Below, in pieces: positions 53,294 to 61,817 of a DNA stretch of 64,000 nucleotides (position 1 is the stretch's first letter; every line of letters begins with the position of its first letter). The notes below the pieces were generated by a model, which was not told the DNA's origin, searched no databases, and saw only the letters and a list, made by a program, of their open reading frames with translations. Origin of the DNA: Candidatus Heimdallarchaeum endolithica (lineage in GTDB: Archaea > Asgardarchaeota > Heimdallarchaeia > Heimdallarchaeales > Heimdallarchaeaceae); the NCBI GenBank assembly GCA_021513715.1, contig CP084167.1:1152001-1216000 (forward strand), written 5' to 3'. The position numbers were made by a program, and so were the translations under genes.

Positions 53294-54295
53294 AGCATGT
53301 CCAAAAATTAATTTTTATTAATGTGGGGGTTTATGTCGGAAGTATGAATTTCTTTCAGATCATAGACCCCCACAAAGCAAGAGAATTCATAATCATTAAT
53401 GAACCTTTCCTTAAGAAACTGGTGAAAGAGGAACCGAGAGAAAGCAAGAGAGGGAGAAAGAGAATAGCAGAAAGATGGGTGATACTGGCTTTAGCAATCA
53501 TTGCTAGAATAGAAGGGATAGCTTGGAGGAAGTTAGAGGAAAAGTTGTCTTTATGCGATTTTTTGATAGAAGAGGGGTGGATGAAGAAGATTCCTTCTAA
53601 ATCTACTTTTCATGCAGTGTGGAGAGCGACAGAAAGTAAAATCTTAGAGCAGTGGATAATAGATTTAGGTAGGGAAATAGTGAGGAAAAAAGGCTTGAAA
53701 GCTATGGCAGTGGATAGTTCAGGGTTTAAAATCCGTCAAGCTTCTGTTTGGCGTTTTCTCAAATGGTCAAGAGGGACACTAAAGAAAACCTCTAAACTTT
53801 TCTGGAAGATACACCTTATAGTTGGTTTACCCTCTCGAGCTATAGTCTCTCTCGCTCATTCTGCTAGTAACACTCACGATAGTAAAGTCTTCGGTTTACT
53901 CTGGCAGAAACTTCCTTCTGCACTCTTGAGACCTTTCTTGCGATTTTATGGAGACTGTGCCTACTGGACAGAAAATATCGTTGGACTTCTTAGCCAACAT
54001 TCCTTTTTCCCTGTTATTCCCCCAAAAAGTAATGCTCGTTATCCCTCTCCTCCTCCCCTCGGACCAATAGTTCAAGCTCATCGTCTCTACCCTGGTCTGT
54101 ATCGTCGTAATCATCATCCCGAGTATCGTAGTAGTATTGAACACGTCTTTGGTCTCCTTAAACTCTCTCTTCCCCCAATCCTTGATCGTTTACCCTCCAC
54201 CATCCTCTCTACCTTGTACAGTTCTCTTCTCTGTTACAACTACCTTTTACTCCTTCGGACCGTTTAGTAGGTGAAAAAGAATTTTTGGACATGCT
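53294..54295 (+). mobile_element. IS5-family insertion sequence (copy 3, intact, 1002 bp)
   Basis: TIRs as in copy 2; direct repeat TTCTGTACTA at 53284-53293 and 54296-54305. Confidence 0.96.
53323..54267 (+). CDS. DDE transposase (IS5 family)
   Basis: identical to copy 2 except WIIDLG vs WIIELG. Confidence 0.93.
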   Translation: MGVYVGSMNFFQIIDPHKAREFIIINEPFLKKLVKEEPRESKRGRKRIAERWVILALAIIARIEGIAWRKLEEKLSLCDFLIEEGWMKKIPSKSTFHAVWRATESKILEQWIIDLGREIVRKKGLKAMAVDSSGFKIRQASVWRFLKWSRGTLKKTSKLFWKIHLIVGLPSRAIVSLAHSASNTHDSKVFGLLWQKLPSALLRPFLRFYGDCAYWTENIVGLLSQHSFFPVIPPKSNARYPSPPPLGPIVQAHRLYPGLYRRNHHPEYRSSIEHVFGLLKLSLPPILDRLPSTILSTLYSSLLCYNYLLLLRTV

Positions 54296-54394
54296 TTCTG
54301 TACTATCTATTTTTTTAAGATAAATTAAACTTTTTTGAGTTCTTCTTTTTGAAAAATCATGTTTTTGAAGTTCGCTATATGTTAATGTTTCCAT

Positions 54395-54879
54395 CGCTAG
54401 ACGGAATAGTATACGCAATAGATTGCAATAGTGCTGGAGGTGCATCAATACGAACTTTTTGGCAAGGAATATCTGGAGATTACACTCATTCACGGAATAT
54501 GGAACTGATTGATGAAGACAAGGATTTGCTATCAGCATGGACTGAAAGGCAAATACTAACCAATGCAAAAATAAACGATACGGATGGGGACTCGTTACCT
54601 GATGGATATGAATTTATCGCATTGTTCACAGATCCTACACTTAAAGATACAGATGGAAATGGACTGACAGATGATAACGAAGACATGGATAATGATGGTT
54701 TAACTAATATCGAAGAATATATACGTAAAACAAATCCTTGGAAATGGGATACAGATTGGGACACATTACCAGATGGATATGATATATTTCCCCTATTTCC
54801 AGATGGATGGATCTATTATGGAATACTTGGTTCAGTTATTGTATTAGTTGTTGTAAAATTATACAAAAAGAAAAGATAA
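54395..54879 (+). pseudogene. C-terminal fragment of a surface protein with DxDxDG (TSP3-like) Ca-binding repeats and TM anchor
   Basis: SLDGIVYAID (end of a propeller blade), DTDGDSLPDGYE, DTDGNGLTD, DMDNDGLTN, TM+KKKR; no signal peptide. Confidence 0.65.
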
Positions 54880-55006
54880 ACTAAAAACAGGATATTGACC
54901 TATACTCTTGTTTGAAATACTAGTTTGATATCTATCATTTTTTTAAGCTTGATAAAAACTTGATAAGAAAGAGAATAGAATATCTGAATTCTTTTTTCTT
55001 TTTTTT

Positions 55007-55573
55007 TTATATTTTTCTTATTATTTCTATTGCTTCTTCTACTTCTTTTACTCTTATTATTTTTTCTCTTTCTTTTTCATCTATTTTTTCTTCTTTTGCT
55101 ATTTTTTCGCTCCACCCACCTGATTTTTCTATTAATATTATTTTTTTACCATATTGCCACGCCATAGCTATCTCCGATAATGTTCCTGCTCCCCCTCCTA
55201 TCCCTACCACAACATCTGCCGACAGCACGATTATTTGATTTCTTGCATAACTCATTCCTGTTGGTATCACTATATCCACGTATTCATTTGCTGTTTCTTT
55301 TTTTGTTGTCGGCAATATTCCTACTGTCATTCCTTCTCTGTATTTTTTTGCTTTTTTTGCTCCTTTACACACTTCTTTCATTATTCCATCTCTTCCCCCA
55401 CATATTATTCTGCAATTATTTTCTACTAGTTTTTCTCCAAGTTCTTTTGCTATTTTTTTTAATTCTTCGTTTATTTCTCCCCCCTTACCTATTACTGCTA
55501 CTTGCTTTATTTTATTCACTTTCTCCCCTCCAAAAGTTATTAGTTTCAAAAAGTTGTTTAGTTTTTTGTTCAA
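55007..55573 (-). CDS. TIGR00725 family (LOG-like Rossmann-fold) protein
   Basis: VAVIG, ICGGRDGIM, VGILP, PTGMSYARN, GGGAGTLSEIAMA. Confidence 0.92.
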   Translation of the reverse strand: MNKKLNNFLKLITFGGEKVNKIKQVAVIGKGGEINEELKKIAKELGEKLVENNCRIICGGRDGIMKEVCKGAKKAKKYREGMTVGILPTTKKETANEYVDIVIPTGMSYARNQIIVLSADVVVGIGGGAGTLSEIAMAWQYGKKIILIEKSGGWSEKIAKEEKIDEKEREKIIRVKEVEEAIEIIRKI

Positions 55574-55592
55574 ATTTTTACTTTTTTTTGAT

Positions 55593-56495
55593 TTAATTAT
55601 ATCTTTTTGACATTGCTTTCATCAGTTTTGCTTGGAATTTTGTTCTTTTGTTGAATGGTATATTTAGTTGATATCTTTTTGTAAACAGTTTTTGTAATTC
55701 TCTGTGTTCATTATGGTACATTCCTATTACAAATTTTGCTTGTTCTTCTAGTAATGTTTCATAATTTTCATTTAATATTAAGTCTATATAGTAATTTAGG
55801 AAATATTTTTCTTCCTTTGCTATTTTTTCTACTTTTGACTGCTTATTTTTTACTATTACTTTTTCTTCTTTCTTTTTTTCATATTTTCCGAAGAAATATA
55901 GTACATTGTGTACCAGTTGATTTTGACATGTTTTATCTGAATATGAGATTAGAGAAAAGTCATAACTTGCTTCATATGGTATTGCTTTATCTACTAGTGC
56001 TGCAAGTTCAATCAATCCCTCTTCGCTTAGATTTGGTTGTAAAATCACTTTTTCTTGTATCATTGCTGAAACTACAATTTCTCTTAGAGTTTTGTCATCT
56101 ATTTTTTCATGTATTTTGTTTTTTTCTTTTCTAAAGACATTTTCTGGCAATATTTGAGGTTCTTGTTTAATAGTGTTGAATAGTTCTGAGTAAATTAAAG
56201 GTGATGCATAATATAATAACGAATTAAAATTATATTCCTCTGATGATACTATTATATTTTGAGCAAGCGCTTTAGGTCTTCCAAATGGGTCTACCCCATC
56301 ACTTCTTACTAGTTTTACCACTACATCTCCTGTATTTTGCATTGTGAACTTTGAAACGTATTTTATATGCTTTTTTTGCTTACTTGACAATTCTGGGAGG
56401 AAAATAATTGAATTTTCTTTCAATTCTTCTGGTATATTTGCCAACCAGATTTTATATCCGTACTTGTCATCTCTCTTTGTCACAACTTGGTACAT
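55593..56495 (-). CDS. hypothetical protein, GAP1-N/DENN-like
   Basis: YGY near the N-terminus, DPFGRP followed by a hydrophobic strand, later KVIL...AIP...FSLISY. Confidence 0.5.
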   Translation of the reverse strand: MYQVVTKRDDKYGYKIWLANIPEELKENSIIFLPELSSKQKKHIKYVSKFTMQNTGDVVVKLVRSDGVDPFGRPKALAQNIIVSSEEYNFNSLLYYASPLIYSELFNTIKQEPQILPENVFRKEKNKIHEKIDDKTLREIVVSAMIQEKVILQPNLSEEGLIELAALVDKAIPYEASYDFSLISYSDKTCQNQLVHNVLYFFGKYEKKKEEKVIVKNKQSKVEKIAKEEKYFLNYYIDLILNENYETLLEEQAKFVIGMYHNEHRELQKLFTKRYQLNIPFNKRTKFQAKLMKAMSKRYN

Positions 56496-56621
56496 TAACG
56501 ATACATCTTTTTGATTTTTCAGTAATTTTACTGTTATTTATTAAATATCTTTCTATTGTAAAAATTTTTCCTCTTTCTTTTTGAAAATATTCTTATAGTT
56601 TTTTTAGTTAATTAGTATATC

Positions 56622-57653
56622 TTGAAAAAAAATCGTGATTTATCTGAATTATTCTCTATTATTGATAATCAATTAATTAATTCTCCTCTCAAAGCGATTG
56701 AACTCTTAGAAGATAATTCAGAACACTTTGAGGACGATATTCTTTTTTTCTTACGTCTAGGAGAACTTTATTTTGAACAAAAAAAATACGACAGTGCTTT
56801 ACTTTCTTTTTCCCGTGCATTAGAGCTTGAGCCTGAAAATGTTGAAGTATTATCCCACATCAGTGACGTTTATATCAAGAAAAATGATTACACCCAAGCA
56901 GAAGTTGCTCTCTTAAAGGCTATAGAATACGAACCCAAGAATGCTTTATTATTAAGTAAGCTTGCTAACTTATATTTTGACATAGGTAAATATTATGAGT
57001 CTCAACAATTACTTATTCAAGCAATAGAAGAAGAACCCAAAGCAGAATATTATTCTTTGCTTGCAACCATCTATAAGAAAATGGATAATGACATTGCTTG
57101 TTGGAACACTTTAGTTAAAGCTGAGCAATTATTTCCTGAAAATATAAACATTCTCAACCAGATTGGAGCTTACTATTTTGATTTGGATAATTTTTCAAAA
57201 GCTTTATCTTATTTTCAAAGTGCTCTTGCTTTAGATCCTGAAAATCAATATTCTCTCTTCCAATTAGCAAAAACTTTTGAGAAAATGAACGACCCTTACA
57301 ATGCTATTGACATTTATTCAAAAATTGTAGAAATTAATCCAGACCATGCTTTAGCTTATTATTATTTAGGTAAACTTTATTCTTCTCTTGGAGACTTTGT
57401 CCAATCACTAACTTGCTATTCTAAATGTTTAGAACTTGATCCTTCTTTTTTTGATGCTGCTTTAGATTTAGCTTCCATTCATTGGGTTTCAAAGAATTAT
57501 AATAAAGCAATATCAGTTTTAGAAGAAACTTTAAAATTTTCCAAGGAAGATGAAATATACAAGATGATGATCAACATTTATGAGGAAATAGGTGAAGAAA
57601 CCAAGGCTAAATATTATAGGAAGTTGTTAGAAAAAAATAATAATGAGGATTAA
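56622..57653 (+). CDS. tetratricopeptide repeat protein
   Basis: repeated 34-aa units (LGELY...RALELEPEN, AYYYLG...KCLELDP). Confidence 0.93.
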   Translation: MKKNRDLSELFSIIDNQLINSPLKAIELLEDNSEHFEDDILFFLRLGELYFEQKKYDSALLSFSRALELEPENVEVLSHISDVYIKKNDYTQAEVALLKAIEYEPKNALLLSKLANLYFDIGKYYESQQLLIQAIEEEPKAEYYSLLATIYKKMDNDIACWNTLVKAEQLFPENINILNQIGAYYFDLDNFSKALSYFQSALALDPENQYSLFQLAKTFEKMNDPYNAIDIYSKIVEINPDHALAYYYLGKLYSSLGDFVQSLTCYSKCLELDPSFFDAALDLASIHWVSKNYNKAISVLEETLKFSKEDEIYKMMINIYEEIGEETKAKYYRKLLEKNNNED

Positions 57654-57655
57654 GG

Positions 57656-58063
57656 TTGCTATTTCTTCCAATCATCTCTTTTTCACAAGGATTAAAAGGT
57701 TCATATCTTCTTTTTATTCAGCTTAACAAAAGAATAACTATTAATTTGAGTAAGAAACATTTTTCTCTTGAAGAAGCTTGTTACATTTATGTTGGGAGTG
57801 CTTTTGGTGCAGGTGGGTTAAAATCTCGAGTCTCTCATCATCTTTTAAAAGAGAAAACTCAACGTTGGCACATTGACTTCTTGACTACCTCTCCTTATTC
57901 TGAAATTGTAGGAGTTGTTTATTTCATTGATCAAAAGGTTGAGTGCTATTTAGGAAAACTTTTCTCCTCATTCTCCTCTTTAGAACCAGTTTTTGGTTTT
58001 GGAAACTCAGATTGTAAAGCAAATTGTGATAGCCATCTATATAAAATTGTAAAATCAAAATAA
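57656..58063 (+). CDS. DUF123 / GIY-YIG (Uri) family protein
   Basis: KGSYLL, YIYVGSA, RWHIDFL, EC, GFGNSDC..C.SHL. Confidence 0.88.
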   Translation: MLFLPIISFSQGLKGSYLLFIQLNKRITINLSKKHFSLEEACYIYVGSAFGAGGLKSRVSHHLLKEKTQRWHIDFLTTSPYSEIVGVVYFIDQKVECYLGKLFSSFSSLEPVFGFGNSDCKANCDSHLYKIVKSK

Positions 58064-58136
58064 AATGAAGCTTTAATGAAACCTTCAAAGATTTTTTTTG
58101 GGTAAGATTTAATAAACAAATAAGGGAAAAAAAATT

Positions 58137-58538
58137 ATGGCAAGTGCAGTTGTCGAACAATTACTAAATCTTGCTGTTGAAATAGTTTTATTCTATGCTG
58201 CAGCAGCAATTATAAGCGCTTCAATGTTTTCTAGAAAAGCTAAGAGGTGGAGTTGGGTTAACCTGATTATGGCTATTATTGTAAGTTTAGCTTGGACTTT
58301 CTCTATCAATCTCTTCAACGGAAGAGCAGCCGCAGCGACTTTCGGTATTATACTTTTTATTATTTGCTTTTTCTTATGGACTGTTGCTGCAGATATTTCT
58401 GATAGACGTGCAGTATATGCAGCTCTTTTATCTCTTCTACTATGGTTCCTTTTCTGCTGGATTCTGATTATTATCCTCCACTTATTTGAAGTACATTTAT
58501 TTGACAGTATTCCATACCTATTTAGCTATTTCACATAG
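58137..58538 (+). CDS. small membrane protein
   Basis: 4 TM segments. Confidence 0.65.
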   Translation: MASAVVEQLLNLAVEIVLFYAAAAIISASMFSRKAKRWSWVNLIMAIIVSLAWTFSINLFNGRAAAATFGIILFIICFFLWTVAADISDRRAVYAALLSLLLWFLFCWILIIILHLFEVHLFDSIPYLFSYFT

Positions 58539-59955
58539 AAAAAAAGTCAACAAATTGATTCAAATCTAAAGAATAATTAATTTTATTCTTTACTTTTTTT
58601 TCTTTCTCATATTTATTAAAAAATAGAGGAAAACGCTCATTTACTGTGTCAATAAAATAAATAAGCAGTTCTACTAATCTAAAATTTATTTCACATTCTA
58701 TTTTGTTAACGTTTCCTGTTATTGATTGTTTTTCTTTCCAGTCAACACATGGTCCCCCACATATATATCTAATAGGGCAAGATGAGCACTCTTTTATTTT
58801 TTCTACTGACTTTACTACATCATTATCAAGTTCTTGCATATTTAGTTTCTTACTCCATACTCCAAGTTTGTATTTTTCATTACCAATAAGGCTGGAACAA
58901 GGATAGATTTCTGAATTTGGACTTACACATACAGCTGTTAATCCTGCAGGACAACGAGTAAACAACTTTTCTCTTGACAATAATCTATTCAAATAGCGTA
59001 AGATATAATCAGTAGGACCAATTTTTTTTAAGAATTCTAGTAGTTCTTTTTCTTTCAATGTTAGCAAATAGTCAATCAAATTTTCAATTTTTTTTAGAAA
59101 AGTGCTTAATTTTCTCTTATCCCATGCTTGAGGATGAGTACTCTCTATTCTAAGAATTCTTAGAGAAACATAATCAAAAAATTTTGAATAATAAGAATAA
59201 AGAGAAACTAAATTTTCTATCATTGGATGTATTGGTATTATTAAATGTTTTACTACTTCTTTTCTTATTTTTGACAAGTTATCTATGACTTTTTTTCTCA
59301 CCTCTTCATTTTCACTATCAAGAGTAACTGTCAAGAACTTGTATTCATTTACAAAATCAACAAAACCTTGTTTAGGAGAAAAAAAGTTAGTAGAAGGAAG
59401 AAAATAGTAAATGGGAAATGAATAATCTTTTTTTATTTGCTCAATGAATAGAACTATTTCACGGAAATATTCAAAATTTAGTGTTACGTCACTTGTATAA
59501 AAGAGACTTATTCCTAGAGCTGTTTCTGATTTTCTTTTCTTTTTAAAATCTGCAAAATACCTAATTATTTCCTTGGATTTCTCTATTTCCAATTTATTAT
59601 TCTCTTTTTTTCTTTCATTTTTTGCATAACAAAACCAACAATCTAAGTTGCATTCATTTGAAGGATTAATAACCAAATAGTCAAATGAAAAATTTTTTTT
59701 TTCAAATTTTTTACTTTCTCCTTTTTCATCTATAATGAACTTTCTTTTCTTTAACATATTTATTTGTTCAATGATCCCTTGATATTTTTTCTCTGAGCAA
59801 CATTCTTCTAACTCTTTTAAAGACAAAAATCTTTTTTTGTTGGTACATAATTCAGAATCGCTTATTTTCCAAAAAAACCTGGTTTCAGGAGTATAAATGT
59901 AGGATTTACCATTATAAGAAAAAATCAAGATATTGATATATTGTTGTTCTAGCAT
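58531..59955 (-). CDS. radical SAM/SPASM domain protein with RRE-like N-terminus
   Basis: CNLDCWFC; SPASM CPAG...IYPC...CSSC..RYICGGPC...C. Confidence 0.9.
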   Translation of the reverse strand: MLEQQYINILIFSYNGKSYIYTPETRFFWKISDSELCTNKKRFLSLKELEECCSEKKYQGIIEQINMLKKRKFIIDEKGESKKFEKKNFSFDYLVINPSNECNLDCWFCYAKNERKKENNKLEIEKSKEIIRYFADFKKKRKSETALGISLFYTSDVTLNFEYFREIVLFIEQIKKDYSFPIYYFLPSTNFFSPKQGFVDFVNEYKFLTVTLDSENEEVRKKVIDNLSKIRKEVVKHLIIPIHPMIENLVSLYSYYSKFFDYVSLRILRIESTHPQAWDKRKLSTFLKKIENLIDYLLTLKEKELLEFLKKIGPTDYILRYLNRLLSREKLFTRCPAGLTAVCVSPNSEIYPCSSLIGNEKYKLGVWSKKLNMQELDNDVVKSVEKIKECSSCPIRYICGGPCVDWKEKQSITGNVNKIECEINFRLVELLIYFIDTVNERFPLFFNKYEKEKKVKNKINYSLDLNQFVDFFSM

Positions 59956-60155
59956 ACAGACCCTGTCTCTTCGTATTCAGATTCTTCTTCATCACTTTTT
60001 TCATCTTGTATAAAGAAAGCTACTTTATCTAACGCAGAATTTTTGTCAATAAATTTACCCAACCTTTTTTTCTTTTTAGTATCATATACTACCCACCACC
60101 CATCGCTTTCATCTTTGTAAATCTCAAAATCTCCACACTTTTCTCTTTCTGCCAT
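59949..60155 (-). CDS. small protein (68 aa) overlapping the radical SAM start
   Basis: ATG-initiated ORF with acidic tail ending GSVC; 7-nt overlap with the rSAM ATG. Confidence 0.65.
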   Translation of the reverse strand: MAEREKCGDFEIYKDESDGWWVVYDTKKKKRLGKFIDKNSALDKVAFFIQDEKSDEEESEYEETGSVC

Positions 60156-60344
60156 ATAGCAAAGTTCAACTAAACATTTTAAAAGTTTTTAGCTATTTTT
60201 ATTCTTAATCCGACGAATAATTTATATTAATTAGAACAGAGAATAGTAATAATAGATATTATTAACCATTGTTAATCAACTAAATTAAGAAAAAAACAAA
60301 CTAATTTAGAATGTATCAGATAGTGTAATAAGGAGTAAATAAGA

Positions 60345-61817
60345 TTGAATAATGAGGACACAAAACAAAAAAAACAAGTTAATTTATTAATATATCAAAA
60401 AGGGGATTACTTTTCTTCCGACATTTTTCCTGTTGAGCATATAGAAACTTCAAAACATAAAGAAATTAAAAAAGATATAAAGGAATTATTAAAAGAAGAA
60501 TTCTTTACTAAAAGCGAAATTTACCCCCTTGTCAGTTATTTCAAGGGGTGGAATTATTCAACAAAAAGGTTTTCTAATGCTAATCTTTTTTCCATAAGAA
60601 AAAATTATGAATCATCTAGTTTAGTTAATATAGCATTAATTGAAGAGGAAATTAATTTAATTAAAGCCCTTCAAGAGATAAATTTTATTCTTGATACACT
60701 TGATGGTATCTATAACAAAATCGTTCTAGTACAGTCTAAACTATCCACAATGGAAAGAGATAGAGAAACAGACGACCCTTATTTAGAACTAGAAAAAAAA
60801 CTCAATCTCTTGGGAAAATACTATCATTGGATGCTTTACGAAGAGAAATCTTTATCCACAAAGGAAAAAGAAGATGTAATTCAAAAAACAATGTTAACAT
60901 CTGTTCTCTTACTCAGATTGAAGATTCATTCTGACAGACTTCAATGTTTGGGTGTCTGTAATAAAACTTTTACAAAGACAGAACATGAAAAAGAAAATTG
61001 TGATTGTGATGGAGAAATTGTTCTTGCCCCACCATATTTTGAGATAGCAGACATTTCATTTGTTTATCCTGAGCAATACAGTGATATAATCAAAGATGAT
61101 AAAGAGTCATCACCAAAAGAAATCATTCAAAAAGTTAATCGAGCAACTTTTCCTTATTTTCTCTTATTATTATTTAATCAGATTAATCATACATATTTTA
61201 GCAATAATCTAATTTTTCCAAAATATAGTCTATGGGAATATGCAAGCACAAGAGACATAACAAAAATTAATTTTGATTTTTTACCAATAACAGATACAGA
61301 AGCTTTCTTAGTTGCGTACATTAGTGATTCGAGATACAATCATAAAAACCTTGAATCGTCAGTAATAATCCCTGTTCTTTCAAGAAAAATAACTAGCAAT
61401 CTAAAGGAAGGATATAGTTGGCATTCAACTATAGAAAATACTCAAATACACCATTGGAAGATTACACCTTTTCTTCCCCTTGCTGATATTGGCAAATATA
61501 TGAAGTTAGAAGAGATTCAATTAATCGAAACTAAAGAGAAAACAGAAGTAGATTTAGCCAAAATTGGTCAAGAAGAAGAAACTCAACCTATTCAAAATCA
61601 AGTAGACGAAAAAAAGGATATTAAGGAGAAACTAGTAGAATTTCAAGAGGAGAGCATTATTGAACCTCTAGAAAAGAAAGTTGTTTATGGATCCAGAATT
61701 ACTGTTAATAAAAAAGAAAAAGATGAAGAAATAGAAGTTCCCAACTTTAAGAAAGAGATTATCAAGCAAGAACCAATAAAACAAGAAGAGCAAGAGGAGG
61801 AAAAAAACAATGAGTAA
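60345..61817 (+). CDS. hypothetical protein with internal Cys cluster and acidic tail
   Basis: 490 aa, CLGVC...CDC, E/K/Q-rich C-terminus. Confidence 0.7.
   Translation: MNNEDTKQKKQVNLLIYQKGDYFSSDIFPVEHIETSKHKEIKKDIKELLKEEFFTKSEIYPLVSYFKGWNYSTKRFSNANLFSIRKNYESSSLVNIALIEEEINLIKALQEINFILDTLDGIYNKIVLVQSKLSTMERDRETDDPYLELEKKLNLLGKYYHWMLYEEKSLSTKEKEDVIQKTMLTSVLLLRLKIHSDRLQCLGVCNKTFTKTEHEKENCDCDGEIVLAPPYFEIADISFVYPEQYSDIIKDDKESSPKEIIQKVNRATFPYFLLLLFNQINHTYFSNNLIFPKYSLWEYASTRDITKINFDFLPITDTEAFLVAYISDSRYNHKNLESSVIIPVLSRKITSNLKEGYSWHSTIENTQIHHWKITPFLPLADIGKYMKLEEIQLIETKEKTEVDLAKIGQEEETQPIQNQVDEKKDIKEKLVEFQEESIIEPLEKKVVYGSRITVNKKEKDEEIEVPNFKKEIIKQEPIKQEEQEEEKNNE

Larger units (their letters stand above)
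52745..54394 (-). pseudogene. hypothetical gene split by IS copy 3 and frameshifted near 52915
   Basis: METLTYSE...KKIDSTE (54394-54296) joins NKALKLYDE... after IS removal; adding one A to an A6 run continues NYIDDSFVLKLKEVFE...NRGNSD* to 52745. Confidence 0.7.

Noticed and set aside
54960-56134. Plus-strand F/L/S-rich ORFs (54960, 55180, 55235, 55736)
   Set aside because: Antisense shadows of purine-rich genes on the minus strand
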